Shown piece by piece: positions 38,084 through 49,940 of a stretch of DNA of 64,000 bases. Position numbers and translations under genes: made by a program. The notes under the pieces are model-generated. The model had not been told where the DNA came from and did not search any database. It worked only from the letters and a program-made list of their open reading frames with translations. The first letter of the stretch is position 1, and each line of letters begins with the position of its first letter. Origin of the DNA: Rhynchopus sp. YZ270_cl-10 (Eukaryota); NCBI GenBank assembly GCA_964035575.1, contig OZ037845.1:868001-932000 (forward strand), written 5' to 3'.

Positions 38084-38161
38084 TCAGCAAGATATGTTAA
38101 GGTAGAAAGGTTTTGGTTTCAACAGCCGAGGCTTCAATCCAAATGCCAAGTTTATCATCAT
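38084..38161 (-). ncRNA. box C/D snoRNA family S5 copy
   Basis: Matches 13837-13914. Confidence 0.82.
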
Positions 38162-38247
38162 CGGGTGGAGAAAGGAGTGTGCTGTGCTGTGCTGTGCTGT
38201 GCTGTGCTGTGCAGTGCTGTGCACAACAGCATGTGGTGGAGAGAGGA

Positions 38248-38312
38248 ACATCTGCACCCACCTAGACTAGGGATAGAGCGCACATTACAGCACCTTCCCT
38301 GTGCGGGCGGCG
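38248..38312 (-). ncRNA. candidate AGA-box RNA H1 copy
   Basis: Matches 13976-14040. Confidence 0.6.
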
Positions 38313-38349
38313 GTTCAACTTCACAGCAAGACACAGCAAGCAGTCGTAG

Positions 38350-38446
38350 TCAGATGGCTGATCCTGCACTTTGAGACTCATAATCTATGTCAACACAGGA
38401 CACGCCTTGCTGGGGCGTGCCTTCAGGAGTCATTTAAGGTCATCAT
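38350..38446 (-). ncRNA. box C/D snoRNA family S6 copy
   Basis: Matches 14078-14174. Confidence 0.85.
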
Positions 38447-38799
38447 GAACGTGTGGTGGGGTAAACTGCACAACCACAACAGGGCAGGAATTGGAGAAAG
38501 AAAAGGGGAAATGGGTGAATGAATTGTGTGTTCGTTTAAATAGAATACAGATACACAAGACAGTGTCCTGCAGCTGTGGATAGAAAGCCGCTTGACAGAC
38601 TGTTTTGGTACATCTCTGCATTTACATGAAGCAAACATTCATGTGCACATGAACAAAGAAGAAGGACAAGAGAGCTGCCAACACGTGCAGTACACATGTT
38701 CCAGCCAAAGTGTTTATTGAAAAGTAAAACAATAAAAGCAATAAAAGGTTAGGGTTGCCTGAAGCAGGTCAGACAGAACAGATGTGCCTCACATGCACC

Positions 38800-39285
38800 T
38801 CAGCATCGCGACACACGCCACTCGTCACGCAGACGCTTCACCTTCGTCTTCTCCCCCTTCGCAACACGTGGCACAGGCTTGTTCTGTGGGAGTGTCCGCA
38901 ACACACCCTCACGCATCTGTCCACCCAACCCCACCCGCATCATCGGTCCACTCCGTGCCGGCTTCACACACCCCGTCGCACGCTGCCGCCGTCTGCTGCT
39001 GTGTGTGTCCTGTGTCTCCACATCCCCAACACCAAGCGCCACACCTGCACCTGCACCTGCACTGCCAACACGCAACAGCTGCACGTGTCCTGCATCCTCA
39101 AGCACAGTCTCCGTCTCCCACGTGCACAGCCCCTCCGCACCACGCCACGCAACAAGGTAGCACCGCTCCCCGTCCCCGCGCCGTCCCTTCCGCAGCACCT
39201 GTCCGGGTGCAAACTCGTCCACGGGGTTCACCAGATCAGAGCATGCTGTCGTGTGTGCGTGTTCCTCACGTCTGGACAGAGACAT
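38800..39285 (-). CDS. chromodomain-containing protein (copy 2)
   Basis: Paralog of 11398-11883 with few substitutions. Confidence 0.65.
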   Translation of the reverse strand: MSLSRREEHAHTTACSDLVNPVDEFAPGQVLRKGRRGDGERCYLVAWRGAEGLCTWETETVLEDAGHVQLLRVGSAGAGAGVALGVGDVETQDTHSSRRRQRATGCVKPARSGPMMRVGLGGQMREGVLRTLPQNKPVPRVAKGEKTKVKRLRDEWRVSRC

Positions 39286-39426
39286 TTGGGTGTGAGTGGA
39301 AAGGGAAAGGATAATAGTGTGTCTGTTGGTGTGGTGTGTTTGTGGGGTACGAGGTGTCGCTCCTTCCATCACGTCAACAGCTCCTCAATCTAAATAGCAT
39401 TCGTGTGTTTCGAGGCAGAAGAGAGA

Positions 39427-39513
39427 TCAGAGGTGTCCTAAGGTATTGTAAAGCCTATTCGGGCATCGCTCGTGGAGCTCCGACTGGGGCGGCATATCAG
39501 TGGTTTTCATCAC
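39427..39513 (-). ncRNA. box C/D snoRNA family S2 copy
   Basis: Matches 12025-12111. Confidence 0.9.
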
Positions 39514-40025
39514 TTCCGAAGCTGCAGTGGTCGCAATGAAGCAATCGAGTATCAAAACATGGGGGTTGGTGTCAGTTGTTTTGTACATCACTTTGTTCCG
39601 TGGAGAAAAGTGTGGAGAAACAATGTTGTTCGTCACTCTTGGTATCTTCCGCTTCCCCTTTCTGATGTCAAACACATCATAAGGGGGAAGGCAAAAGCCG
39701 CACCAAAAGGTAGAAGAAAAACCCAAATAAAGCAAAAGGAGTAAGCTGGCGAAGAGAAGATGTGTTCTGGAAACACAGTAAAAAAGGAAAGCAAAGTTGT
39801 GAACGGTAACGTGCAGACGCCTCGTGGACGCATGCACACGACACCCCAAGGTGTGGAAAGCAAAGTTAGCTCAATGTCTCCACAATACCAAGTGTTGCAC
39901 AGGGTGCGAAGGAAGTGGACGACACATTGTACATCCCTTCCTTCCTTCCCGACCCTGCCCAAAAAATATGAAAGTCAAAGTGAAAGTCGCAGACATCACC
40001 AAAAGGCCACAAGACACAAAGCAGC

Positions 40026-40670
40026 TCATGCCTTCAAAACAGCACGGAGGCCCTCCGCAGACGCGTAGTACTCCTTCACCTTCGGGTGGTTTGCAACCAC
40101 AGCCTTGTGTGCAGCAAGGTTCTTGAACGACACCAGTGCGTCCGACGGGACACCGTCAAGGAACCCAGACACAAGGAACTGTGCATATGTGAAGATCACC
40201 AAGTCTGCCACTGTCAGGGAGTCACCCACAGCGTACTTCTTCCCCGCAAGACGCGAGTCCAGGAAGACAAGCCACTTGTGGAAGTCCCCACCCTCAGCAA
40301 TGGCAGTCGCACGGAAGGCCTTCTTCTCATCCTCGTCCTTGATCGCAAACGACTTGCGCAGAACTGTGAAGAGCTCATCCGCGTAGTCAATGATCTCGTC
40401 CACACTCAGCGCCGCACGTGCATCCTTGGGGTACAGGTTCGTCAGTCTCCCGACGTAACGCAGGATTGCGTTGCTCTGTCCCACCACCTCCCCGTCCACG
40501 TGCAGAAGCGGCAGTTGTTGCGGTGCCACCTTTGCCTTCAGACTCGCTCCCCACGTCGGGAAGTCAATGTGCTCATCCTCAAACGCAAGGCCACCGATGT
40601 GTGCGGCAAGACGGGTCGCCTCAGGCTTCGAGGGGAGGGCGAAGTAGACAAGCTTCAGGGTCGGTGCCAT
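40026..40670 (-). CDS. GST: glutathione S-transferase, copy 2
   Basis: Identical to copy 1 except residue 2 (T/A). Confidence 0.93.
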   Translation of the reverse strand: MAPTLKLVYFALPSKPEATRLAAHIGGLAFEDEHIDFPTWGASLKAKVAPQQLPLLHVDGEVVGQSNAILRYVGRLTNLYPKDARAALSVDEIIDYADELFTVLRKSFAIKDEDEKKAFRATAIAEGGDFHKWLVFLDSRLAGKKYAVGDSLTVADLVIFTYAQFLVSGFLDGVPSDALVSFKNLAAHKAVVANHPKVKEYYASAEGLRAVLKA

Positions 40671-40813
40671 TTTGTGTGGTGAGGGTGGTGTTGTGTTGTG
40701 GTGTGTTGTTGAGAATCTATGTGGGGTTGGTTTCGTTGGGTGAGCAAGGAAGGGCGAGAAGTACTTCCTCTCAAGACACAGGAGACTTGATGTGTTTCGA
40801 GGCAGAAGAGAGA

Positions 40814-40900
40814 TCAGAGGTGTCCTAAGGTATTGTAAAGCCTATTCGGGCATCGCTCGTGGAGCTCCGACTGGGGCGGCATATCAGTGGTTTTCATCAC
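40814..40900 (-). ncRNA. box C/D snoRNA family S2 copy
   Basis: Matches 12025-12111. Confidence 0.9.
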
Positions 40901-40978
40901 TTCCGAAACTGCAGTTGTGTGTTGCATCGTGATGTGATGTGATGTGGTGTGACTTGTGAATGTGCACAGGTTGTGGAG

Positions 40979-41071
40979 TCAGCTAGGGGCGAAAGAAAGA
41001 CCAACCCTCATATCCTCCTGAGAGGTGTATTGGGAGCAGCTTGCGGTGCTGCCAAGAAGTTTTGTCATCAT
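40979..41071 (-). ncRNA. box C/D snoRNA family S3 copy
   Basis: Matches 13561-13653. Confidence 0.88.
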
Positions 41072-41130
41072 GCTCGCTGTGTGTGGTGTCATGTGAAGTG
41101 GTTGTGATCAAAAGAGGAGAGCAGCAACAA

Positions 41131-41228
41131 TCAGACCTGTTGAGTTTGACATAATTTTTCAAGCCCCACCGAGGGTGCCGTGACTTTGTTGGCCACCTCT
41201 GGCCGAATGGTTGTGTTTTGTGCATCAT
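41131..41228 (-). ncRNA. box C/D snoRNA family S4 copy
   Basis: Matches 13713-13810. Confidence 0.85.
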
Positions 41229-41254
41229 GTTGCTGTGTGGAGACGGAAGTGTGC

Positions 41255-41332
41255 TCAGCAAGATATGTTAAGGTAGAAAGGTTTTGGTTTCAACAGCCGA
41301 GGCTTCAATCCAAATGCCAAGTTTATCATCAT
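41255..41332 (-). ncRNA. box C/D snoRNA family S5 copy
   Basis: Matches 13837-13914. Confidence 0.82.
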
Positions 41333-41367
41333 TGCGTTGTGTTCAGAGATATCGTGGATAGAAAGGA

Positions 41368-41432
41368 TCATCTGCGCCCACCTAGACTAGGGATAGAGCG
41401 CACATTACAGCACCTTCCCTGTGCGGGCGGCG
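41368..41432 (-). ncRNA. candidate AGA-box RNA H1 copy
   Basis: Conserved although the neighbouring spacer has diverged; one change converts a G-U stem pair to G-C. Confidence 0.62.
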
Positions 41433-42153
41433 GTTCAACTTCACAGCAAGACACAGCAAGCAGTCGTAGTCAGATGGGCCCAACAACAGCCAGAAGAACA
41501 GGCTGCATTAGGTGTCCCCCCATACATTCATAAATTCATCTGAAGACAAAACAACCCCACCCTCCTTTTGTTTTGAGCAACTCATCACTCACTCAGACCC
41601 AGAAAAACGACACACAAAAATACACACTACACACCCTCCCGCCTCTCTCCATATGACTTCCGTGCTACTCTAGCCCCCTGTAATGAGCAACCTAAGTACA
41701 TCTTTTCCCCCTTTTTCTTTTGCACTACTGTCTTCTCCACAAGAACCACCGACCTTTTTTTGACTGTTGCTTTGGTTTGCTTTGGTTTATTACAGCCTTT
41801 GTCCCCCCTTCCCCTTACTGTCACTCATAAGCCTTCAAATAAAATGCCATTGTTCTGCACAAAATCCTTCACACAGACAGTCCAATCAACCCACCCAAAA
41901 AACAAAAAACTCCCACCCCCCTGAGATAGCGTTTTTTTCTATCTTCCCTCACATTCCCATCCACAACCCAGAAAAAATCCTCCCCGACTGAAAAACCCCT
42001 GATGTGAACCTTTGAGCAGAAAATGCACCAAAACATAAGGCTATTTTGTTGTAATTGGTGACGTTTGGGGTATTTTTTGTCTTTTTTTTTTTGAAAAAAA
42101 TGAAAATTACCTTCTCCCCCCACAGGGAGAAACTAACCGAGAAGTTTTATCTT

Positions 42154-42872
42154 CTAGTTGGCCTTGATTTCGATGTCGAAGAGGTTCTCGGCCTGCTTGG
42201 TGAGGTGCGGGGGGAAGGCGAGGCCCTCAGCCTCCTTGGCGGCAGCGACCTTCTCGTTGGCCTCAATGAGGGCAGGGGAGATGGAGGGCATGCACGCAAC
42301 AAGCGCACGGCCGACACGGAAGTCCTTCTCCTCAATCGCGGCCTCCATCACAGTGTTCCAGCACTCATCATCCGCGTCCATGCCGGTGTTACGGTGCTCC
42401 ATCTCCTCCAAAGCGTCCATCATCGCGCAGAACTTCGACTCTCCATCAATCACACCACCCTCGTACTTCGACGGGCAGCGCAGAATCGAGCGCAGCACCG
42501 CCTTGTACGTTGTCAGATCAGGCGGGCAGTTGGCACGGTTCATCTCCACAAGAAGCTCTCCTGCGTCGTTCCAGTGGGACACCTGTTGTTAGTAGAGGGG
42601 TAATGGATAAGGGGTAAGGGATAAGAGATAAGATAGAAACATAAGGCCCGCCAGAGCGCACAGCACAACGCATACCTTGCTGATCTTGTCGTTCCACGGT
42701 CCCACCTCCGAGGACTGCTCGTATCCGAACAAATCTCTTCTGATACCGTCGGCCTTCTGCCCGTGGAAACGTGCCGCCTGTTGGAAGGTTTTGATGGAAG
42801 CAGAGGGAAGGAAGGGGAAGGGGTGTGGCGACATACCCTGGTGAGGGGCGTGCGGAGCATGCGTGCCATCAT
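42154..42872 (-). CDS. p18: mitochondrial F1-ATPase subunit p18 (Euglenozoa-specific, PPR-like); 3 exons
   Basis: DLFGYE, AGELLVEMNRANCPPDLTTY, ESKFCAMMDALEEMEHRN and LFDIEIK match trypanosomatid p18 as recalled; introns 42778-42836 and 42583-42675; Arg-rich presequence. Confidence 0.93.
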
Positions 42873-43921
42873 TGTGTGTTCTTTTTTTCTTTTTCTGGAT
42901 TTTGGTTTTTGGTGTCAAAAGGTGAGGGTGGAGACACTGTTGGCCAGAAGGTGTTTAAGGCAGCGGGGGAGTGTCCCCTTTGCTGGTACGGAAGCTGTCA
43001 TATATCAAATGAGTGAATGCAAAATTGAGAGAAAAGTGCAAACTTCTGTGTGTAAGCGGAGATATCGGTTCTCCGTGGGTTGTCTTTTCTTCCAAAAAGA
43101 GGAATGTTGGCGGAAATGAATCTGAGCGTGTGTGAGTCACCTAAAAAGAAAAAAACGGTATAATCTTGGCTTTTTAAAGAATATAAAACCACATCCCCTC
43201 CACCACCCCCAACTGCTCCCTTGCAGCGTTCCCTTCACCCATCCCAACTAACGCTCCGGTTTTGACACTCAGGGTCCAGCGAAACCGATTATTTATAAAC
43301 TTTTAATTCGGCCCTAAAAAAAATGGGTTTGAAATCTACTCGGGGCGCAAAGTGGCATGAAAAATAAAATTATCAGGTTTTGCTGGTTTTTTTTCGACCT
43401 TGAGAGAGAAAAAACCGTTGGGAACGTAATAAATGGTATTGTTTAGCAGACACAACCTTTTTTGACTGGAATGTAAACTGTCTAATTAGAGAAATGGGCA
43501 CAGATGATCCTAAGCCTCTCATGCTTAGTCATCTATTCATAAAGAGGGAAAGGATGGGAGTTAAAAAAAAAACGAAATCTTTGACACACGAGAGGCCAGA
43601 GATTTCTTTGGAAAGACACACGAAAAATGAGATGTTCGGTCTTGTCCGTCAAGATCATCAGAGGATTGTCACACGGCTAGTATTTAAAATGCTGAACAAA
43701 AGTCCAATAAAAGAGCTGAACAGTGTCGTATATGCGCAGTGCACTGTGTTTTGTAGCAAACCCTTGAAGACTGAAGGCTCCAAAAAAAAAGGTGAATGAA
43801 AAGGCCGCATCATTTTTTAGAATCTTTTTCATACCTCCCCATTTCCCACAACCTCCTAACGTTTGGGTCCTTTTTAAACACTCACCCCCCATAAAACCCC
43901 AACAATTCCCCACCCCAATTC

Positions 43922-45812
43922 TCAAACGGAGTTCACTTCGGCAAGCTGTATTTTGGGATATTTTTTTTTCTCTTCCATACAAAAATCATACCTTTTGACC
44001 GAGAAGAGGCCAATCTGCTGCTTTTGGAGAGGACTCGGATCCGCTTACCTCCCAGAGGGTGACGTCACCTGCAGCGTCACCTGCGACGATGCTTCTCCCA
44101 TCGGCACTCCATGAGATGTGGCAGAGCGCCTTGCCTGCTGTTGCGGCTTCGACCGTTCCAATGGGGGTTTCCATGCTCTCCAGAAGGTTCCACACAGAGA
44201 GACATCCAGCACCGTCTGCAGAGGCAAATACTGCCGGGTGCACAGGACTCCACTTCACGTCGTACACGTAGTCTGTGTACTCATTGAATGAGAACAGCGG
44301 TTTGTTCGACTTCGTGGGGCGCCACAGCTTGCACGTCCAATCCATAGAGGATGTGAGAACCAGATCGCTGTAGTCATCGCCACCTCCAGGAAGCGAGGGG
44401 TGGCAGTCGAGGGATGTGATCGGAGAGGTGTGTGCTTGGAAGCCTTCTGGCGCTGCGGCGCCTGAGGAGCGTGCTGCGGAGAAGAGCCAGCCGTTTTCGG
44501 AGCCGAGGTAGAATTTGTTGGCCTCGTTGTCTCTGAAGGCAAGCGACGTCGCCTGGATCTCCTTCGACACACTGGCACCACCAACGTCGACGACCTGTTG
44601 AAGGGTGTGCGTTTCGACCGGCGCATTAAGCTTCTCCAGCTGCCATGCACAGACCCTTCCGTCAGACGACAGCGACACCAACGAATGAGAGTTCACACTC
44701 CCCACCACATCCAACCCAAACACAGGGTGGGTGTGTGCGTCCATCGTCAGCGGTGTTACCTGAACCGGAGCACTCCCTGCGCGAGGATCCCAGAGGCAGA
44801 TCTGTCCATTGTACAGCCCCCCCACGATCAGGTTGCTTTTGAACTTGCTGTAGCGTGCGCAGGAGACATCCGACGGCGCGGTGAAGGTCTGGAACGGACG
44901 CTGCGGGACGCGGACGGACCACATCAAGACCTGTCCCTCGACATCCGCGATGGTTGTCTGCCCCTCCTGCCTTTTGTAGTACGATGCAAGGAACATCTCA
45001 TGCTGCCCGCTTCCATGGCTGCAAAACTCCACAGAAGTAACAGGAAAGTTCTTCGTACACTTCTTCCCAAGCTGCGCATCGTTGAACAGCTGTGTCCGCA
45101 CCAAAGGCTCACCTTGACCACGCACCAACACTGCTTCATGCGCATCACCCACACCCGGTGGAAGCACGTCCGGCTCTGCCAGGGCACGCTCCATCAAGAA
45201 CGATGCAGGCATAAAGAAATCCTTGAACCCACCAGAGTGCACAACATCCTCCTGCTGTTCACGCGTAAGCGGCTCTACCTCTTCAATGACCTCCTTCTCC
45301 TCTTCCTTCTTCCCGCCTTTTGTGTTGTTGTTGAATGCCACACCTGGCGCAAGAATTGACTGCTGTCTGCTGCGCTGCACGGAAGGAGGCGAGCCTGGGG
45401 AGAATGCACTTGCATCTGAACCGATATCACCGGTGTGGGTGGTTTGGGTGTCTTTTGGGTATGAATCTGTTTTACCACTGGGGGGAATGTCTACGATGGC
45501 GGACTGCGGTTTCACCAGGGTGAGGGTGGGTTTGGCTGCAAACATGCGGTCAGCTTCTTTGGCGCTACTACCGCCAAGCTTTTGCAACACACTTGTACTG
45601 GCACGTGAAGTACTGCGTACAGGCGAGTCAGACTCACCGCGTGGCGGCAGATCCGGGCTCGCAGGGTTCGACGGCTGCGTCGTGGCGGTGCTCTGCTGCC
45701 TGCTCGGACTCATGCTGTTCTCACCCCCACGCATCTGGTTCACCCGTGCACGAATCTCCTGCAACCTCTTCCTCTTCTCAATCAACTCATCTCTCACATT
45801 TGAATCACTCAT
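43922..45812 (-). CDS. DYNC1I: cytoplasmic dynein intermediate chain (WD40); 2 exons
   Basis: N-terminal ELIEKRKRLQEIR; GGLYNGQICLWD, AHTHPV, TSSMDWTCKLW, DYVYDVKWSPVHPAVFA; intron 43946-43991 gives QK/LAEVNSV*. Confidence 0.9.
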
Positions 45813-46111
45813 TTTTATTCTCCTTTTCTGGCTCTCCAAGCCTGTGTACTGAAAGGAATGATAAGGGGAGAATGGCATGGAAGAGAGACAAAAATAAATG
45901 CATCATTTTCGTTGTCTAAATTACTTTTTTTGGGGGGGGGAGAGAGAGAGAGGATTAACAAAAAAAACAGTGAAATCTATTTTGTACAATTGGATGGGAA
46001 AGGAGGTGAAAGAGTCTTCATCCCCTTTTTTTTCTACAAAAGCTTGCCTGAATTAGGTTCACCTTAAATACAAACAGTCGGTAAAAACAAAAAAAAAATC
46101 TCAAAAACAAA

Positions 46112-46690
46112 TCAGTAAAATTTCGAGCCAATGTGGTCGGAAAATTTGTGCGCGTCAGTTTGCCCTGGGAGGGTCGATCTGATATGCCCGCCCTGCGGTT
46201 TGTACGCGAAGTCCTCTCTCTTCTGCGGAGGGGGACGATGGTAGGCTGGGGTCGCTGGGCCGAAGATGTTGGAGTCGTTGTTGATTCTTGAGGGGCCTAC
46301 CGAGGACTTTGCGCTCGCTCCTCCGTGGAGCCTGCCTCTTGCACCCATTGGGTCCGAATCCTCATTGACACGCGACTTCTTGCTGACTCCAGGGGCATAT
46401 GTCTGGGATGGCGCATTCTGCAGGTGGTTCGTCCTCTTCGTGGCAACATGCTGCGGAACCCGCTCCTCTGCCTGCCGTGTCGCAACCTGACGACGTTGTG
46501 GCCTCGTCGGCGCCACAGATTGCGGGTGGTTGTCTACTGCGTAGGGACGCACCCGGTCTCCCTCACCCATCACCCGCTTTGCACGGGCCATATCCTTCTG
46601 TACAACACTATCAAGCAAATTCAAATTCCTCGACCCAGTATCATAAGAGAAGTTGGGCACTCTCGCTGGCGAAGCATGAGACATAGGCAT
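46112..46690 (-). CDS. hypothetical low-complexity protein (192 aa)
   Basis: GC-richer ORF following a polypyrimidine tract; SNIFG motif; no recognised family. Confidence 0.7.
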   Translation of the reverse strand: MPMSHASPARVPNFSYDTGSRNLNLLDSVVQKDMARAKRVMGEGDRVRPYAVDNHPQSVAPTRPQRRQVATRQAEERVPQHVATKRTNHLQNAPSQTYAPGVSKKSRVNEDSDPMGARGRLHGGASAKSSVGPSRINNDSNIFGPATPAYHRPPPQKREDFAYKPQGGHIRSTLPGQTDAHKFSDHIGSKFY

Positions 46691-47782
46691 TTGAAGGAGT
46701 GTGTGTTTCTGGGTTGAAAAGGGTGAAAAGGGTGAAGAGGAGAGGAGAACAGATGGGAGTAAATGTTGGTAAGGTGGGGTAGGAAAAAGAGATGGATGGA
46801 GGGGGGGTGTGCTGTTTTTCAAAGAGGTACGTTGGAAAAGAGGGAACAAAAATAAAATAAAATTTTTGAAGATGAGCCTAAGCCTCTCTGTGCTTAGTCA
46901 CCTCACAAAAAGTAGACCTGGTGGTTAAAAAAAGGCACCAACCGGGACCAGGATCTCGGGATCGTCCCAAAAGGCCAAAACACGCAGCCACACTGCCTTG
47001 GCAGAGCTATAGAGAATGGGACTAATACCAAGTAAAAAAGAATAAAAAAAAAAAGAGAGAATTTGTTGAATGACCTTGACACAAAGCGTGTTTAAGTCAT
47101 CTTGAATAGAACTCGAGAGAGAAATAAAGAGAGGCAAAGAGGGAGGGAGTGAAGCAGGGAGAAGAACAACAGGAGATGGGGGGACATAAAGGTTGTGTGG
47201 AAGGCGCGCACAAAATATGAAGTCTTGGAGGTGAAGAAAAACGCTGAGCGTTAAACACCAACTCTTCAGTAGTTAAACGAAAACAAAACGTAGTTTATTG
47301 ATGTAAAACCCGATGCGACAGAAAAGTTTGTAAGATGATTCCAAGCCTCAAGTGCTAAGTCCTCTTACAAGCTAAAAAAAATGCAAGATAAGGAGCCTCA
47401 TCAAAGACAGGGCGAATGAAATGAACCACTCTCACCAAGGAAAGAGGCTTGAGTGGACACTACTTCGCTGATCGTCCAGATGCAAACAAAATACAAAAAT
47501 GAAAATGAAAATTAACGTTGTCCTGTTGTTCTCTGTTCTGCTTCTTCGTATTACTTTTCGCATAATTTGCACCAAATATTTTCTGGTGTTTCTGCGTTCT
47601 TGTCTAAGTATTTAAGATGAACATCCGAAACCAAAAATATCATAACTTTTACAACAAAGGTTTGGATGATTTTTTTACCACGCGAAGCGGTCAACAAAAA
47701 AGGGTTAAAAAATAAACAAAAAAATATTGAAGCAAAAATCGAAGGTTTTGTTTCACGACTGATGCCGTGCCTGAGAGAGATC

Positions 47783-48442
47783 TTAGGCAGAGCACGCAGC
47801 AGGCTTGTCGGTGCCGGTGTAGGCCTCGCAGATGGCCTTGATGAGGGCAGTGTGGTACTCTGTCTTGAAGGAGTCGCAGTCCCAGAACTTGCTGAAGAAC
47901 TTGCCGTTGACCTTGAGGACAGGGAGTCCCTTCATGCCGTAGTCCTCCTCCTCAGCCTTGTCGAACTTTGCGTCGTTGATGAGAAGCTGCTTACCAAGGT
48001 CACCCTCCCAGCATGCGTTGATCGCGTCCCAGCTCAGTCCCACCTGTGTTGCGCACTGCTGCTCACGCTCAAGCGACTTGCCCTCTGCAACACTGTACTG
48101 CTCAGGGCATCCCACGTCCTTGCACGGTCCGTTGATGCACACTGTGTAGTTCAGCCACTGCAGCGTGTTGTTTCCTGCAATGTGCTGTGCGCATGCCTGA
48201 AGTGTGTTTGCTTTGCACTCCCGCTCACCGTGGAAGCACGTTACCTTGTCCTTGGCGTCGTCCAGCAGCCACCCATCCCAGCTCCTGTTCAGGTTTGCAA
48301 TGGACCCAACCTGCGGCATGATGTTGTTGAGGTACTGCTCGTGGAAGGTTCCGGAGCAGGGGCAGTAGCTCTCAGTGAAGACCTGAACATCGACAAGTGG
48401 GGCAGCTGCGGCAACAGCCAGGGTCGCAACAATGGACATCAT
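47783..48442 (-). CDS. GILT/IFI30-like thiol reductase, copy 1
   Basis: Signal peptide; VFTESYCPCS active-site region; CFHGERECKAN fits the GILT signature C(Q)HGx2ECx2N. Confidence 0.88.
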   Translation of the reverse strand: MMSIVATLAVAAAAPLVDVQVFTESYCPCSGTFHEQYLNNIMPQVGSIANLNRSWDGWLLDDAKDKVTCFHGERECKANTLQACAQHIAGNNTLQWLNYTVCINGPCKDVGCPEQYSVAEGKSLEREQQCATQVGLSWDAINACWEGDLGKQLLINDAKFDKAEEEDYGMKGLPVLKVNGKFFSKFWDCDSFKTEYHTALIKAICEAYTGTDKPAACSA

Positions 48443-49283
48443 TGTGAAGGAAAAGAAGTAAGATAAGTTTGGTCTGAGTGTTGGATGAAGGGTGAAGAGC
48501 TACATATGAGCACTGGGTACCTATATTTGACGAAAGAGCTGTCGGTGTTCTCAGAAAAAAGGGGAGGAAAACATGAACTTTTTTCTGGGTTACTTGTACT
48601 GGGGGCACTTGTATCAACCCCCCAGTACGTTGAGTGGAAAACACAAACAAAAAGAGCAATTGTTGAATGACCTGACACAAAGAGCGTTGTGTGCTGCAGT
48701 CATCTAGCACTCGAGAGAGAAATAAAGAGAGGCAAAGAGGGAGGGAGTGAAGCAGGGAGAAGAACAACAGGAGATGGGGAGACATAAAGGTTGTGTGGAA
48801 GTTTGTAAGATGATTCAAAGCCTCAAGCGTGCTAAGTCCTCTTACTACAGGGCCACAAAATGGGGGACGTGGGAGGGGTCTAAAAATGCAAGATAAGAGC
48901 CTCATCAAAGACAGGGCGAATGAAATGAACCACTCTCACCAAGGAAAGAGGCTTGAGTGGACACCACTTCGCTGATCGTCCAGATGCAAACAAAATACAA
49001 AAATAAAAATGAAAATTAACGTTGTCCTGTTGTTCTCTGTTCTGCTTCTTCGTATTACTTTTCGCATAATTTGCACCAAATATTTTCTGGTGTTTCTGCG
49101 TTGTTGTCTAAGTATTTAAGATGAACATCCGAAACCAAAAATATCATAACTTTTACAACAAAGGTTTGGATGATTTTTTTACCACGCGAAGCGGTCAACA
49201 AAAAAGGGTTAAAAATAAGCAAAAATATTGAAGCAAAAATCGAAGATTATGTTTCACGACTGATGCAGTGCCTGAGAGAGATC

Positions 49284-49940
49284 TTAGGCAGAGCACGCAG
49301 CAGGCTTGTCGGTGCCGGTGTAGGCCTCGCAGATGGCCTTGATGAGGGCAGTGTGGTACTCTGTCTTGAAGGAGTCGCAGTCCCAGAACTTGCTGAAGAA
49401 CTTGCCGTTGACCTTGAGGACAGGGAGTCCCTTCATGCCGTAGTCCTCCTCCTCAGCCTTGTCGAACTTTGCGTCGTTGATGAGAAGCTGCTTACCAAGG
49501 TCACCCTCCCAGCATGCGTTGATCGCGTCCCAGCTCAGTCCCACCTGTGTTGCGCACTGCTGTTCACGCTCAAGCGACTTGCCCTCTGCAACACTGTACT
49601 GCTCAGGGCATCCCACGTCCTTGCACGGTCCGTTGATGCACACTGTGTAGTTCAGCCACTGCAGCGTGTTGTTTCCTGCAATGTGCTGTGCGCATGCCTG
49701 AAGTGTGTTTGCCTTGCACTCCCGCTCACCGTGGAAGCACTTCACTTCGTCCTTGGAGCTTTCATAATGCCCATCCCAGCTCCTGTTCAGGTTTGCAATG
49801 GACCCAACCTGCGGCATGATGTTGTTGAGGTACTGCTCGTGGAAGGTTCCGGAGCAGGGGCAGTAGCTCTCGGTGAAGACCTGAACATCGACAAGTGGGG
49901 CAGCTGCGGCAACAGCCAGGGTCGCAACAATGGACATCAT
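49284..49940 (-). CDS. GILT/IFI30-like thiol reductase, copy 2
   Basis: Tandem paralog in a ~1.5-1.8 kb repeat unit. Confidence 0.88.
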   Translation of the reverse strand: MMSIVATLAVAAAAPLVDVQVFTESYCPCSGTFHEQYLNNIMPQVGSIANLNRSWDGHYESSKDEVKCFHGERECKANTLQACAQHIAGNNTLQWLNYTVCINGPCKDVGCPEQYSVAEGKSLEREQQCATQVGLSWDAINACWEGDLGKQLLINDAKFDKAEEEDYGMKGLPVLKVNGKFFSKFWDCDSFKTEYHTALIKAICEAYTGTDKPAACSA

